Shown here piece after piece: positions 1 to 12,644 of a DNA stretch of 64,000 bases; position 1 is the stretch's first letter; each line of letters begins with the position of its first letter. The DNA lies in the NCBI RefSeq assembly GCF_003918875.1, contig NW_025766966.1:62001-126000 (forward strand), read 5' to 3'. The translations under genes were made by a program, and so were the position numbers. Origin of the DNA: Haliotis rubra. Taxonomy: Eukaryota. The notes beneath the pieces are model-generated. The model saw only the letters and a list, made by a program, of their open reading frames with translations. It was not told the DNA's origin and did not search any database.

Positions 1-85
1 TCCCGTCCTCCACCGACTCAGGGTCGCAACCCACGGCAAACGGGTTGGTGGACCAAATATACCCCAGGGTCTGCAACGGGGAGTT

Positions 86-143
86 GAAGAGCGCTTAGCG
101 TTACCCAGCACCCACCACGAGGAGGTGGCTCTTCATGGGTGCT
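86..143 (-). ncRNA. Putative minimal HDV-like (delta) self-cleaving ribozyme, probably at the 5' end of a non-LTR retrotransposon running off the left edge
   Basis: Minus strand reads AGCACCC-AT-GAAGAGCC-ACC-TCCTCGT-GGT-GGGTGCT-GG-GTAAC-GCTAA-GCGCTCTTC. P1 AGCACCC/GGGTGCT, P3 ACC/GGT, L3 UCCUCGU (HDV UCCUCGC), P1.1 CC/GG, J4/2 GCUAA with the catalytic-C equivalent at 98, P2 GAAGAGCC/G(C)GCTCTTC. P4 almost absent. Confidence 0.75.
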
Positions 144-539
144 CCCAGTCGAATGTCTATATGGCGCTTCGTTGAAGATGATCGGTAATCTTTCAGTTAA
201 AACATTCTGCTGATAATTCTAGCAAATGGAATAACGAAAGAATTGCGCTGTCAAATGTCCAATCATATTATCATATTATTATTTTCGGTTTTGTTTGAAA
301 TATATTCAACTGAATGTTTTACAGTATGGAAAAACACATCAGGCCGTTGAAATGTCATTATTACCTTCTTTAACGTCTGATACATCCTGTTACAAATGGT
401 ACATTTCTATTCAAATTGTCATATGGAAATCCACCTGCCACTTAATGTCAATAATTTGCACGTGCAAGTCGCTCTATACATGGAAAGTGGATGACAATAC
501 ACATGTATTGATGCTTTTTCATTGTCGTTCACTATTCAG

Positions 540-1160
540 GTACCCGTTTGAAATCACAGCTTAAAATTAGACGTATTTTATACTTGCTGAAAGGGGTCAG
601 GATATAGGCCTTTTGGAATCTGGTCAAACTCAGCGGCAAGTTGTTGTCTGCTTTGATGTGAGTCAAATGCTCTTGGTAGACTGTGCCAGAGATTTCAAGC
701 CAATGGGTCCGTGGAATATGCACGTCGACCAGGTCATCCCAGAGTCACCATAGTCCAAGATGATAGGCACATGATTAACTCTGCGTTACCTAACATATTC
801 CTCAACGCAGCAGAACTTCAGACAGAACACTTCAATGTTAACAATGTAAGGATATCCAGGAGCACCGTTCGTCGACGTTTCAGGGCAGCCGGACTCTGCT
901 GTAGGCCACCTGCAGTTCGTCCACCACTAACACCAGGCCATAGGCAGGCGCGTTTGCCGCTAGAATCGTGCCGGGGAATGGTGGTCTATACAACCGATGT
1001 TTGCTAGTGCTGTTTGTCTGTTTGCTAGTCTGTATCTCGCGATGTGTCACGTTTGTCAACACTTTAAACATTATGATGACACTCTTAGTTATTATTTCTG
1101 ATAATTGTTTCTTTACAAGTGATACATATCATTTGACCCTTTATTTATGACGCCTAGCAT
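540..1160 (+). mobile_element. Degenerate Tc1-like transposon (N-terminal HTH region plus right end)
   Basis: ORF 711-1007 RPGHPRVT..DDR...ISRSTVRRR..AGL..R.P..RPPLT..HRQARL is Tc1 HTH-like. The right end (1000-1160) matches that of the Tc1 relic ending at 17562. Confidence 0.8.
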
Positions 1161-1713
1161 AGTTCCTAGAAAATCGTATTTTTCGAACAAGAATTGAGGG
1201 GCAAGTACACTTTTCGGAAGAGTTTAGCAGTATTCCAGACCTAACATAGAAAGGGGCACCTCACCTGAGATGGGCTTCACACATGTTGTCCATGTATGTT
1301 GTTTTACGAGTGAACGGTTTAACCACATTATTACGTGTTATGCAGTCCATTCGGTTGTACGGTTCGGGTGCTGGCATATGGCGGGTTTTTTCAATCATGA
1401 AAAGAACAATATACTTTGGTAGGACAGCTATTTCAATCAAAAGTGTCCCTTTGGAAATCCCTGGTAGAATTGGTCTCAGGCACACATTGGCAGTTGTCAA
1501 GGCGAATACATTCTGCAACAGTTGATGGTGCCTCTTGGAGGACAGAAGTCTGGTGCTTGGGGAACTGGGAACATGGTAACTTTCGTCCTAACACTCAACC
1601 TCGACCCTCATTGCAAGAACGGGTGGGGTTGTGGAGAAATGTGCGGTGTTTGCTTAATCTGTCTGCTGGGTAATTAGTCTCACTGTATAAGACGCTGAAG
1701 TCGTGTCGTAGTA

Positions 1714-1962
1714 GTGAGTGAGAGAGTTTAGTATTACGCTGCAATGTTCATGTTGCCTGTAAGTAATCGAGCCTGGACCAGACAATCCATTGATCAACAG
1801 CTTGAGCATCGATCTATAGGGATACGATGACATGTATCCACTAAGTCAGCGAGCCTGACTACCCGATTCAGTTAGTTGCAGGACACTGCAGTGGTTCTTT
1901 ACTGCTACTCTTATGACAAACACGGGTTACTGAAGATCAATTCAAACCCTGATCGTCACAGG
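1714..1962 (-). mobile_element. SINE family A (pseudoknot head, ACTC tail), diverged copy
   Basis: Matches the family A consensus. TSD-like tcgtgtcgtagta (1701-1713) / tcgcgtcgtaata (1963-1975). An empty paralogous site is present at ~2557-2570. Confidence 0.8.
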
Positions 1963-2876
1963 TCGCGTCGTAATATTTTCAGAGACAGAGATGATTGTCT
2001 CTCTCACATGTGGAGGAAAACATCTTGCTCTGCTTAACGCTGCCCATCTTGAGCAAGAAACAAGATTCAGATTATTTTTTAAAACAAACACTTACCTTTA
2101 CTTTTTTTTCGTTTCAAATCTTTCCTTATGTATAAAATCTGGATATTTCAACTTCGGCGTGGAGGTATAACGCACTCCGGTGTTACAAATGCTAACAATT
2201 TGCTTATTATGTAAAAATACTTCTAAGACAACATCTATATGCCTCGTGGTGCAGGTGGCGACATTATCCTTGTCGACATTCAGTGAATGGTTTGGGAGCA
2301 GGTTGGTGTATAACACATTTCCGACATGTCGAGTCAGACGGAGGGGTTCATTCTCAAGACGTATATCATTAGCCTTTGTTCACTAAGATTGCATCTTCTG
2401 GTGAATCATTAAAATGTAAACCAAAACCATTCCAGGTTATTTCGGAGAAGTGATAATGTAAAGTGCTGTCGACTTTTTTCATCTTAGTGGAACGTGCAGG
2501 GAGGCGTAATCTGTCAGTCTGCTGGGTAACTTGTCTCATTGTATAAGACACTGAAGTCGTGTCGTAATATTGTCAGAGACAGAGATCATTGTCTCTCATA
2601 CATGTGGAGGAAGAGATGACAAGACTTTATGAATATGCTTGTCAACTGTATAAGAATCTATACCGCAACATCGCCATTGATCAAAATAAAGAAGTTGATC
2701 ATCCATAAAGTTTTGTCATCTTTATACCACCAACTTCTAAAGGCGTCACTCAAAAACACATATGGGGGGAAACCATAAAGAAACAAGATTGAGAATATTT
2801 CTTTTAAAACATACTCTTGCATTTTGTGTAAAGATACATCTAAGACAGCCTGCGTTCGCTGCAGTGGAACTTAATA

Positions 2877-3210
2877 GTGAGAGTTAACATTTAGAATCTC
2901 ATCGGCAATATTCCAGCCATATCGTAACTAAAAACAAGTCATCTATTGATCATCAATAAAGTTATCTAACCACAATCTGACGACAAAGGACAGTAAAATA
3001 ACAAGATTATCACACACAGAGAATTAACACTAGCACGGAATTTAAAATAAACCTCGGTTCTAGACAATACAATAAAAAATACTGACTGGAAATACCAGCA
3101 ATTGAAGTTACACTACCAGACTAGGGGCTGGATTTACATAATTCTTTCAAGTGTTGGTGATATTTTCCACAAATTAGCCATAATCATAAGAACACATATT
3201 CTACAATTAA
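2877..3210 (-). mobile_element. Non-LTR family C 3' fragment (ACTC-tailed)
   Basis: Similar to the TSD-flanked copy at 41251-41643 (ggacagtaaaataac, cggcaatattccagccatatcg). Confidence 0.6.
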
Positions 3211-3451
3211 AATCATGGACAGAACTCACGGGGAATAACGCTCGTCGGGAAGATAGAAGCCGCTAAATGCGCAAATTGCAGAGTGACTCTTTGTCAAAAA
3301 CCTACTTTCAACTTTACTAAACTATATCAAACACACAAACAGTATGTTTTCCTGAATATTGGTCCAGCCCCAGTTTCTTTCTTCTTTCGTTCATTTTAGT
3401 CCTGTTTCCAAAGTAACCACAGTCTCGAACTTGTGCCAAACACTTCTTAAG

Positions 3452-3655
3452 CCCTGTGAAGGTGTGGGTCGTAAATGGCCTTCAGCAACCTTTGCTTGTT
3501 GTAAGAGGTGATGGGGTAGTTAGACTCGTTGACTTGATTCATGCATCTTTTCGTATCCCCATTGCGATGCAGTAAATCACAGGAGGGTCTGGTCCGGACT
3601 CGATTATTAACAGACCACCGTCATTTAGCGACCGATGTCGATCAACAAACAAACC
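3452..3655 (+). mobile_element. SINE family A, old diverged copy with AAAC tail
   Basis: ccctgtgaaggt...ccttcagcaacc...ttgtaagagg...tctggtccggactcgattatt...aacaaacaaac. Confidence 0.65.
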
Positions 3656-5995
3656 TTTCACCCTTTCACTCAGCAAATGCTGGATGCATCCAAATGACAC
3701 ATTAATATTAATCTTCATTTACGTGCAGACCCTTATAATTGTGTTGATGCTGTGTACGAATTGTTATGGTTCATGTAAGCAAACGAGCCATTGAAAATTT
3801 ACATAATGTTAGGACCTTCAGTGTTTAAAGATGCTTGAACTTGAAATATTGTATGTGGTATGCATCTGGAAGGTCTTGTATTATTCTTCATTTGGAAGAA
3901 AGTAACTCTGGTATCAAAGCATGTGAGATACAGATAATGTCTCGGATAGGATCTGTCTCAGGCTGTACCTATCTGAGAATTGTTGTGGCCATTTTGACTT
4001 TTTTTGTGTGGCCATTTTGACTAGGGTGAGTGTGGCCATTTTTTTCGTGTTGCCATTTTGTCCTGTTCCCCTCTGAGAAGAGTAACAGACATGTTATAGA
4101 GAATAACCTTCAAACAATTACTGATTGAAATTAGTAGACGCAGACATAATTTAGTATAGGTATTGCAACTCAAATCAAATATCGGAAGTATATAAAGGAT
4201 ACTATAATGGAACATTTTCCTTTTTTTACTTTGCAAATCAGAATAGTTGCACAACACCATTTTATACATCCAAATCATAAATGCACAAAACATGCAACAT
4301 TCGAAGACATTATGGAATTAATCAATTACACATGAGGACACTGGTATGCCACATGACAAGAGAGAATACAGAGTGTGTAATCACACATTCTACCATGGTG
4401 ACGTGAATCAATAAACTTAGACACGACCAATTTGGACTGAAAAATGCGTCTGATTTAATTACCGCTTCACTATGCAACACTGCCGCTACTTCCTCTTAAC
4501 CACCAACATGACTGATGTCTTAACTGAAGTGAACTTTATTTACGTTAATAGCACAACAGACGTGATGGCAATAGTAAAATAAAACATTTATTAAAAATTC
4601 AAGAGACTATTTTTCCCTCCTAATTTATAAGAGAATCTCCCTATCATTTTAACTTTTATATTTAAGAATATTCAAACTCAATTACAATGTATAGACCCAA
4701 CCATAAACAAACAATATTTCGCTTCTCTATTTATACAAAATTAACAGCTAAATGTCAGTGAAACATTTGCCTCCTGGTAAACGATATGTCTGTTTCCATT
4801 TAGAATGGTTTACACAACATGAGACATCCAGTAAGTTTAAAGTACTTTCTAAAGAAGACCTGATGTCATTCTTTCGACACTTTAATGCAGAACTGATTTT
4901 ACGTATTAACAAGAGGAATCGGTGAGTGAGTATGGTTTTATGCCAGTTTTAGCAAATTCAGGGCGGGGGTAACCTGAAAATCGGCTTCACACATTGTCTA
5001 CTGTGGTAGGATAGTGCAGAAACTGACTACAAGCTGTGACAAGCAGAAGTCTCAATGGTAAGGTTTGTTTAACATAGCAATCTGCAATATTCCAGCCATA
5101 TGGCAGATGAAACAAAAATACACATCCCAGGTTTACCTGCAAATATACATTTTAAACTGGGAATTTTACATGAAACTCAAGGCAAATCCTGTATAGTAAT
5201 ATGTCTGAAAATAACGAGCAAAAAAAGCCTTCTTTACAGGTTCACCGCTATATTCAATTTACGATTTCTAACGTAGTGGTATCCATCCATCGTCCATTAT
5301 TCAGTGCCGGTACTATTTCGTAATATATTTCGTTACCTTAAAAGCTATTTGCTGGGAATATATGAACGAAACATAGTATTCATAAGTCAAACTCACAGTC
5401 ACTTGTCGGACAAATGGATGTTGAAATACCCCACTGGAACAAGATCCCCACTTTTGGATATCTCTCCGAGTGATGTTTGTGCCTCTGTGGTGTTGGAAAC
5501 CATATACATCAAAGCCCGGATAAGATGATAACAGTTAGTTGTGTCATGCCGTTTTCACTACATACTGTTCAAAGGGACATAATCAGAGGTAAATCGAATC
5601 CTTTGTTTACACATCGATCCAGTTGATAAATTAATCATAGACAAACTTACAAAGGCGCCCTTTCATCGCAAGCATTGGGACAGGCAATACAATGCGACTT
5701 GCGCTGTCGTGACAGCGTATATTGATTGGCTTCATTCACGTCTGGGGCGATGGGGTGACGTTGCGTCACGCCGATACCCGGGTTGATTCCCCACATGGGC
5801 TTCATGTCCCCGCCGTGATATTCGTAAAAGCTGCGTAAAACTAAACTCAGTCAGTCAGTCAATCAGTCAGTCACGTCATACCGAGTAAAATACTGTTTGA
5901 GTACGAACATGTTTCAAACGCTGACAGTGTTCACCAGTCGCGTCAGTTGCTGTCGTCAGGGCAACAATCACATGTAATAGGCTTCTCTGCCCAGT

Positions 5996-6097
5996 GGGGC
6001 GGTGGGGTAGCCTAATGGTTAAAGCGTTGGCTCGTCACACCAAAGACCCGGGTTCGAATCCCCACATGGGTACAATGTGTGAAGCCCATTGCTGGTA
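5996..6097 (+). mobile_element. tRNA-derived SINE family B, 5' part (a degenerate copy also at ~5744-5872)
   Basis: A-box tagcctaatggtt and B-box ggttcgaatcc, followed by the family body cacatgggtacaatgtgtgaagcccatt. Confidence 0.8.
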
Positions 6098-7129
6098 AAC
6101 ACATAACAAATTTAAAAGAGAAACTCAATAAAATATTTTACAAAACCTAAACCTATCCTAACCTAACAACCTAACCTAATCTATACCTTAACAATATAAC
6201 CTAACTCCAAACCCTAATGAGACATGGCTCTGAGTTCAGAGCCTATGTCCAAAACAAATAAATATCTTAATTTCCTATGTAACCAAAAAAAAACTATATA
6301 CATGGTGTGGATTACCAGGACTCAAGCAACTGAAATAAATGTCCTCACCTCTGGTGAACCAGTGGACTAAAGACAAGGAGTGCTGTGAAGCTACTCCCTT
6401 TATTGGACTTGAGGCAGGCAGTGCATGTGCTGCACATGCCAGGCACAACCTGCTGGGTGTGTTGTGGCTATGCGTATCAGCATAGCCGAGAACACACTAA
6501 TAACCCATTATATATTATCCCAACCCCAAATAGAACTCAAACTTTACCCGAAATATCCTTAACTACCACACACTAAACAAAAGATCTCGAAATGAAATTC
6601 AATGTTCAGTTGGATAAACCAATATCAAAACTTATTGCTTGATATCCTATTTCATTCGGTTTGTCCATTTCTAACATGTCAAATCAATATCACCACTTGG
6701 AGGAAAAAGGAAACATTGATTCTACATTCCATTCACTTGGACAAGTTCCAAATGCCTAATAAGGCTGTTGTAAACAATGCGTTCTGTTTGCTGACTGAAG
6801 TGCGAAATCGTAACCGAAGTTTGCCAGTAACATTAGAACATCGGTCAACTTCTCAGAATGGCGCCATTCAGAGTGGATCTCCAAAATGATTCACCAAAGA
6901 AGGTAGATTAGTTCAATGGCATTGTACAGAGGAATTAAGACTAATTTTGATGAATTGCAGATTTTTCGGACATTATTTTATATCGTCAATATTCAATCTA
7001 GGACAAATTGATCTTTTTTCAGATATTTAGCATACCAGTTTTCTCTTCCGGGTAACATGGAGTGAGAAAGTCATAACTTTACAAACGTCTTCCACAGTCA
7101 GAATTCATCACTTTTTGTCCACCTCGGTG

Positions 7130-7420
7130 TGAATGACTGACTTCAAAGTCACTTCGGCAGTATTTCAGCCATGTCATAACTATGAAGCTATGCATTGATA
7201 AAAAAAAACAAATTCAAACGATGAATATACCTATCAACAAAGGACAGTAAATATCTGAAACTTGCATGTAACCATGATATTTCTATGTAAATTACTGAAC
7301 ATTGCTGAAAGTAGGTCACCATACCAGAGACCATAAGGATTTACAATGATCTTGCTTCCTGCATGGATCCCAGGTGGATTTACACCATCCCTTCAGGTAC
7401 TAGCGATTGTAGGCAAATTT
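7130..7420 (-). mobile_element. Non-LTR family C 3' fragment
   Basis: cggcagtatttcagccat, ggacagtaaa, and cctgcatgga...ggatttacaccatcccttcag are shared with 41251-41643. Confidence 0.65.
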
Positions 7421-7654
7421 AGCTATGGATATATATTCAACGATTCAAACTATTGTACGAATACACATTCTTTGAATGTTTTATGACGTTCGTATCCTTT
7501 GAGGATTGTCTTACAATGACCTCTTCAAAGCTTGACTGACAGGTCAAGTACATGTATAGTATTCCAGAAATTATAGACAAACTCTTTGTTTAGTGATACT
7601 GATAATACAATTTTAAATAGGTGTTACATTATGTAGGAAAGTACTCAATATTTC

Positions 7655-7760
7655 TGGGGACACCAGAAATGGGCTTCACACATTGTTCCCATGTGTGGAT
7701 CGAAGCCGGGTCTTCAGCGTGACGAGCGGACGCTTTAACCACTGGGCTACCCCACCGCTC
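7655..7760 (-). mobile_element. tRNA-derived SINE family B
   Basis: Reverse complement of the family B head and body. Confidence 0.8.
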
Positions 7761-7829
7761 CTGTAGGCTTAAGAATGAACATTACTACATCAAGAGTTAT
7801 CTCCCCAGGTGTAGCAGACGGTTTCCTTT

Positions 7830-8723
7830 GATGACTGGTTCTAGATGATTTTGAAAGGGGTGTGACTAATGCAAAAGAGTTAGCTGGTAGACATGACATT
7901 CCTTTGCCCACTGTATACAGAATTTTGAAGAATATTCAGTCAGGAGTTTGGATTGAGCACAAGACAGGGCTAGGGAGGCCAAGGAAGTTCAGTAGGCCTA
8001 CTACAGATCGCCTTCGATTTGGTCAGATTGTGAGTAGGGAAAATTGAGACGAATAACAGAGGAAGTCTTCAGGTATGTAATGAAACCCTTAGACAAGAAT
8101 TACAAAGACTTTACTGCGTGAAAAAGCGCGGAATTTCAGACTTCAACATTGATGAAAGATACACAAAAAGAAAAACGTTTAAACTGGTGTAGTGCTCACG
8201 AAAATCAAGATTGGGATTATGTTTTCTTTTCTGATGTGAACAATTGGACAACAGATACAGTGAAACTTATCTACCAACGCCCAAAACAGCCCGATATTTC
8301 ACATGTGGGGTGGGATATCATCACGTGGAGTGACGCCATTGTGTATTGACATCGGAAATTCGACGAAGGAACGATCTGTTCACATATTAAATGGTCACCC
8401 CCCTTCCATCGGCCCGAGTACTATATGAAGATAATTGGATTTTCCAGCATGATAACGACCCAAAACACACTGCGGGCTACACAAAACAGTGGTTGTAGGA
8501 CGAAAATGTTCAAGTTTGAGACTGGCCCAGCTACAGCTCAGATCTTAACCCCATTGAGAATGTGTGGGAACTAATGAAGATCAGAATAAACCAAACGGGA
8601 CTTAGAAATATTAAGGCTATGAAGAAAGAAGTGGTCGAATATTGGGATACGCTGTCACATGATAGTGTACCTAGGCGCATTCAGTCGTGTATTGGAGGGC
8701 AAGGAGGTCTCACAAACTACTGA
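7830..8723 (+). pseudogene. Degenerate Tc1 (DD34E-type) transposase
   Basis: Frameshifted motifs: [50 protein letters not shown]. Confidence 0.85.
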
Positions 8724-9139
8724 AAAGACAGTTAGACTGTAAGAGAATAATATCTCAACATATTCGTTTCAGTAAAATTTCTGTAGTTTATATAAATATA
8801 TTATATTTGCCAAAACATCTTTCTGAATAATTTCTGGAAATTAAATATTATAGACTTATCTGTGTTCTATTTTGCTGGTTTAAAGGGGACTCACAAGACT
8901 TTATGTGACAGTAATTTCTAATCCGTAACAAGATGATTCATTTTTAACGGCTCTTTGTGAATATTACTTATTGCTTCATACAATGAAGCACAACAGAAAT
9001 TGGGCGAGATGTGGTTTTAGCTAGTCGGTAAGACGCGACGCCGCATAAATCAGGATCGTAGATTTAAGCAGGGACGTCTGACTATTGCTGACAACTACTC
9101 TAAGCATCATAACTACTCACTATATTCATGTATTGCTAG

Positions 9140-9260
9140 ATGTGTCTAAATTGCTAACGGCTGAGGGGATGGTGTAAATCCAGGTAGGGCCCATGCAGGA
9201 AGCAAATGTACTGTAAGTACCCATGGTCCCTAGTATGGTGATCTACCTTTGGTGGATTGT
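9140..9260 (+). mobile_element. Non-LTR family C internal structured segment
   Basis: attgctaacggctgaggggatggtgtaaatccaggtagggcccatgcagg...catggtccctagtatggtgatctacc. Confidence 0.65.
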
Positions 9261-9589
9261 TGCATGCGATTAACTTTTGGTGGCTTTTTGTAGCTGCTTT
9301 CACTTTTGATGGCTTGATGTAGTTGCCTATATGTAAAGAACTTGAATAAATATTACGTAGGGGTTTGAAAACAACAGAAGGTGCAGATAATTTATGAAAG
9401 TCACTTCAGTCCTACTGACACTCACTTTGTAACAGGTCAGCGCAGAATATAATGACAGGTATGCGCTGAGCGCCCAATGTCAAGAACAAATGTCTGGAAT
9501 CCTTAAGTCAGAAATGATGCACTAAGACATGGAGCCCAAACACCCGGTCACATTGCTATACACTATGCACTGCTCTACACGCCAGGCTA

Positions 9590-9840
9590 CTGTCAGGTTA
9601 TTGAGAAATCGTCTGCACACAACGAATTGCATGCACGGCTTCCGTTATTGAACTGCCGTTAACAAATCCATACATTCTTACCAGATGCCAGTAATGTTCA
9701 GATCGTAAAATCTGTGATATTTCCCTATGATCTGTAATGATTTCAGACGAATCGAGGCACAGTCTAGACTTACAAGATAGGTGCAAGACGTGTCTGGTGG
9801 CGTCTCAATGAACGTGAAGACACTGCTATGATGACGTTGT
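9590..9840 (+). mobile_element. Short Tc1 transposase remnant
   Basis: SDESR and RVW..NER-like motifs; otherwise heavily decayed. Confidence 0.45.
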
Positions 9841-10065
9841 GTGTATTGGACACACATTTATACACATTGATTTTTATTGAGGTGAGGTGAAAATCCCCCT
9901 TTTTGCATCCTTTGCAACAGTCCTATTACAATCAAGCACATACTGCTTACATTTGTTGATTTAGACAACGTTTTCATGATAATATTCACACTTTATCTGA
10001 CCTTTTTGAACAACCTGATTTTAGCATATTTAAAGAAATCAAATTGATTGAAAAAATATATAGAG

Positions 10066-10211
10066 AATATTACACGAGGTCTCATTACATACGAATTATA
10101 CGAAACGAGTGTCCTTCCTATGGTATCTGACCGAGCGAAAGCGAGGTCAGAAACCATAGGAAGGTCACGAATTACGTATAATTCGTATGTTATGAGACCG
10201 AGTGTAGTATT
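10066..10211. repeat. Long imperfect palindrome (~65 bp arms), likely the end of a non-autonomous DNA element
   Basis: aatattacacgaggtctcattacatacgaattatacg...tatggtatctgacc-gagcgaaagcga-ggtcagaaaccata...cgtataattcgtatgttatgagaccgagtgtagtatt. Confidence 0.8.
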
Positions 10212-10872
10212 TTATTTATTACCCACGTCTTACATGCTTTAAATTGACAAAATAGCGTATTTTTGTTATTTTTATGGTTTCAAACCGAAACCGGTTTCAT
10301 TAGAGGCTGCGGAAGAATGTTGTTCTGTAGTACACTTTTTGCATGACGTCACACTGAAATGACGTCACTACGCCTTGCTCGTCTGCCCCCTTGGTAACCG
10401 ACGTCACGATGCATGTCCGTTGTCATCACCTCGTACAGCCTCCTACATTAAACTACTCCGTAGCACCCCGTTTCTTTGTTTGCAGTTGCTTCACTCGGCT
10501 AACGTCACTGGTGGAAACTTTGCGTTTATGTTTTTCGACGCATATAATGTCTCAGTTCGACTCCCAAATAAACAGCGATACGGCAACGTTCGCAACGATC
10601 ACAAACACCATCATTTGAAATTGTATTATTATTTTTGTCACATCGTCACTCAATTCTTTCCCTCTCGGTGCCATGTTCAAGTAGACGACAAATAATATCA
10701 AGGGGGCGTAATTCTATAACATCCGGTGGCGCAAATGTACGGTGCTTACACAAAATAATTTCCCATCGATGCAATAAGTTCAATCATTTTTACAATATTT
10801 TACCCTCACTTTGACTTTGAAATCGCAAAGTGCTACGAAACCCGATTACGGCGGCCATTGTGGGGAAGAACT

Positions 10873-11036
10873 NNNNNNNNNNNNNNNNNNNNNNNNNNNN
10901 NNNNNNNNNNNNNNNNNNNNNNNNNNNNNNNNNNNNNNNNNNNNNNNNNNNNNNNNNNNNNNNNNNNNNNNNNNNNNNNNNNNNNNNNNNNNNNNNNNNN
11001 NNNNNNNNNNNNNNNNNNNNNNNNNNNNNNNNNNNN
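10873..11036. other. Assembly gap (N run)
   Basis: Run of n. Confidence 1.
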
Positions 11037-11167
11037 CTTGTCACTGAACTACAACCAACAGAATTCCCAAGCAGTAGTTATTCAGAAATCCTTTTAATAA
11101 TCTAAGAAAGATACAGCAGATATTAAGTAAACCTATTTATTTATGATATTTAGACTGTAAAAATATA

Positions 11168-11458
11168 CCATATTTCCTCTAGTAAGCGCCTGGGCGCTGA
11201 TGTTTTCAACGGACTTCCAAATCTGGCACTGATTGGAGACCTGGCGCTTATTGTGCTTTGGGTGTTATTGGGTGTAATTAATTGTTAGTGAGTGTTATGT
11301 CAAAGTTAATAAGGGACCATTCCTTAAGAAATCTATTTTGGGATCAAGGGAGAATACATATATTGTAATAAATCATACCCGGCGCTTATTAGAGACCCAG
11401 CGCTTATATATTTCTTAAACTGCTGCTTTATTCCCGGTTCTTATTAGAGGAAATACAG
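11168..11458. mobile_element. pogo/Tigger-type MITE
   Basis: TIRs ccatatttcctctagtaag / cttattagaggaaatacag after TA; internal ggcgcttatt repeats. Confidence 0.65.
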
Positions 11459-11567
11459 GAATCACTTACATAATATTAAAGCTGTATAGGGCTGGTAACA
11501 CACCGTATCAATTACATTATGTGACTATTGAATATTAGGTTGCTGCCATTTTTTTGTATTTCCTTAA

Positions 11568-12644
11568 AGGTCACATGCAACCAAAAATCAAACATAATTA
11601 AAACACAATTATCACTTATTCATGACATATAATATACATTGCTGGTTATGAAAAAACGTAAAAACAAAATTATAAGCGTACAATCGCAAATCAAAAGTGC
11701 AATATTTTGTACTTGGGTTTACTTCCCAAGAAACGAAGCAGCCGGGATACCGAACCCAGTCAGAGCGGGTGGGTGTGCACTCAAGTGTAACGGCTGGTTC
11801 ATTTGCAGATGCCCTCACGGCTCATTGTGTGTGTATATATAGAGATGTTGGGTTTTGTAAATACATGCTCATTTTTTGTGTATAACATTTTGCAATCAAC
11901 AGACATCATAAGATGTCATGTGTACAAGTATCACACCTGCCTGTCTGTGTAGTTACATAATGTGACAGAGACCGAACTCGGGGCATAAATCAATGCGTTT
12001 TGTTTATGGTGTATAGCCTGATTGGTGTTAAGTTCGAATTGCATGTGGTCAGTGATCGAAGTTGTGTATTGAATATTGTCATTAGCAGACAGGCAGACAC
12101 ATAGGTGTCAATAAAACAGACTTTGAGTTTTGTCTGTGACAAGGACATATCTATATCACAGTTAGAAATTCTGTCGACGCTAAATAATGACATTGCTTTT
12201 AAGTATCGAACTGAGAAAGTGACTCGGTAAGAAGAACGTGTGGTGAAATAGACAAATGAAATTACATAAACAGTTAAATCGGTAATCTACTGTAATAACA
12301 TATAAAAAGCTCGCGCCTGTGAAATTTCAACAAAACATTAGAAAAATAGCTCACACCAAAGCCTTCACCGAATATTCACCGGACAACCCGCTTCCAAGCT
12401 CTGCGAACCTATTTCACTGCGCATGTGCTATGAGCGCAGCCCAGCTGTTGAAACCACTTCAATTCCCCCAAACGCTGGGGGGAAAGTTAGTGAATCATTT
12501 GAACTCCGATTTCGCGCGGGTTTTTTCATCGCGTTATTTTTCAACTTTATAAGTTGAATTTGCATTGTTGATGATTTGTTTCGGTAAGTCCATACCGAAA
12601 GGTATCAGAATCTGCAAAGTTGTGTTTTACGTTGCATGTGACCT
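11568..12644. mobile_element. Kolobok-type non-autonomous DNA transposon
   Basis: Perfect 14-bp TIR aggtcacatgcaac / gttgcatgtgacct, TTAA on both sides (11564-67, 12645-48), RR termini. Confidence 0.8.

Noticed and set aside
5996-6070. tRNA genes at A/B-box sequences (also 29100-29170, 35475-35540, 40110-40178)
   Set aside because: They continue into SINE bodies and tails or lack a proper cloverleaf; they are SINE heads.
10790-11105. ORFs spanning N runs (also 43120-43374)
   Set aside because: Artefacts of assembly gaps.
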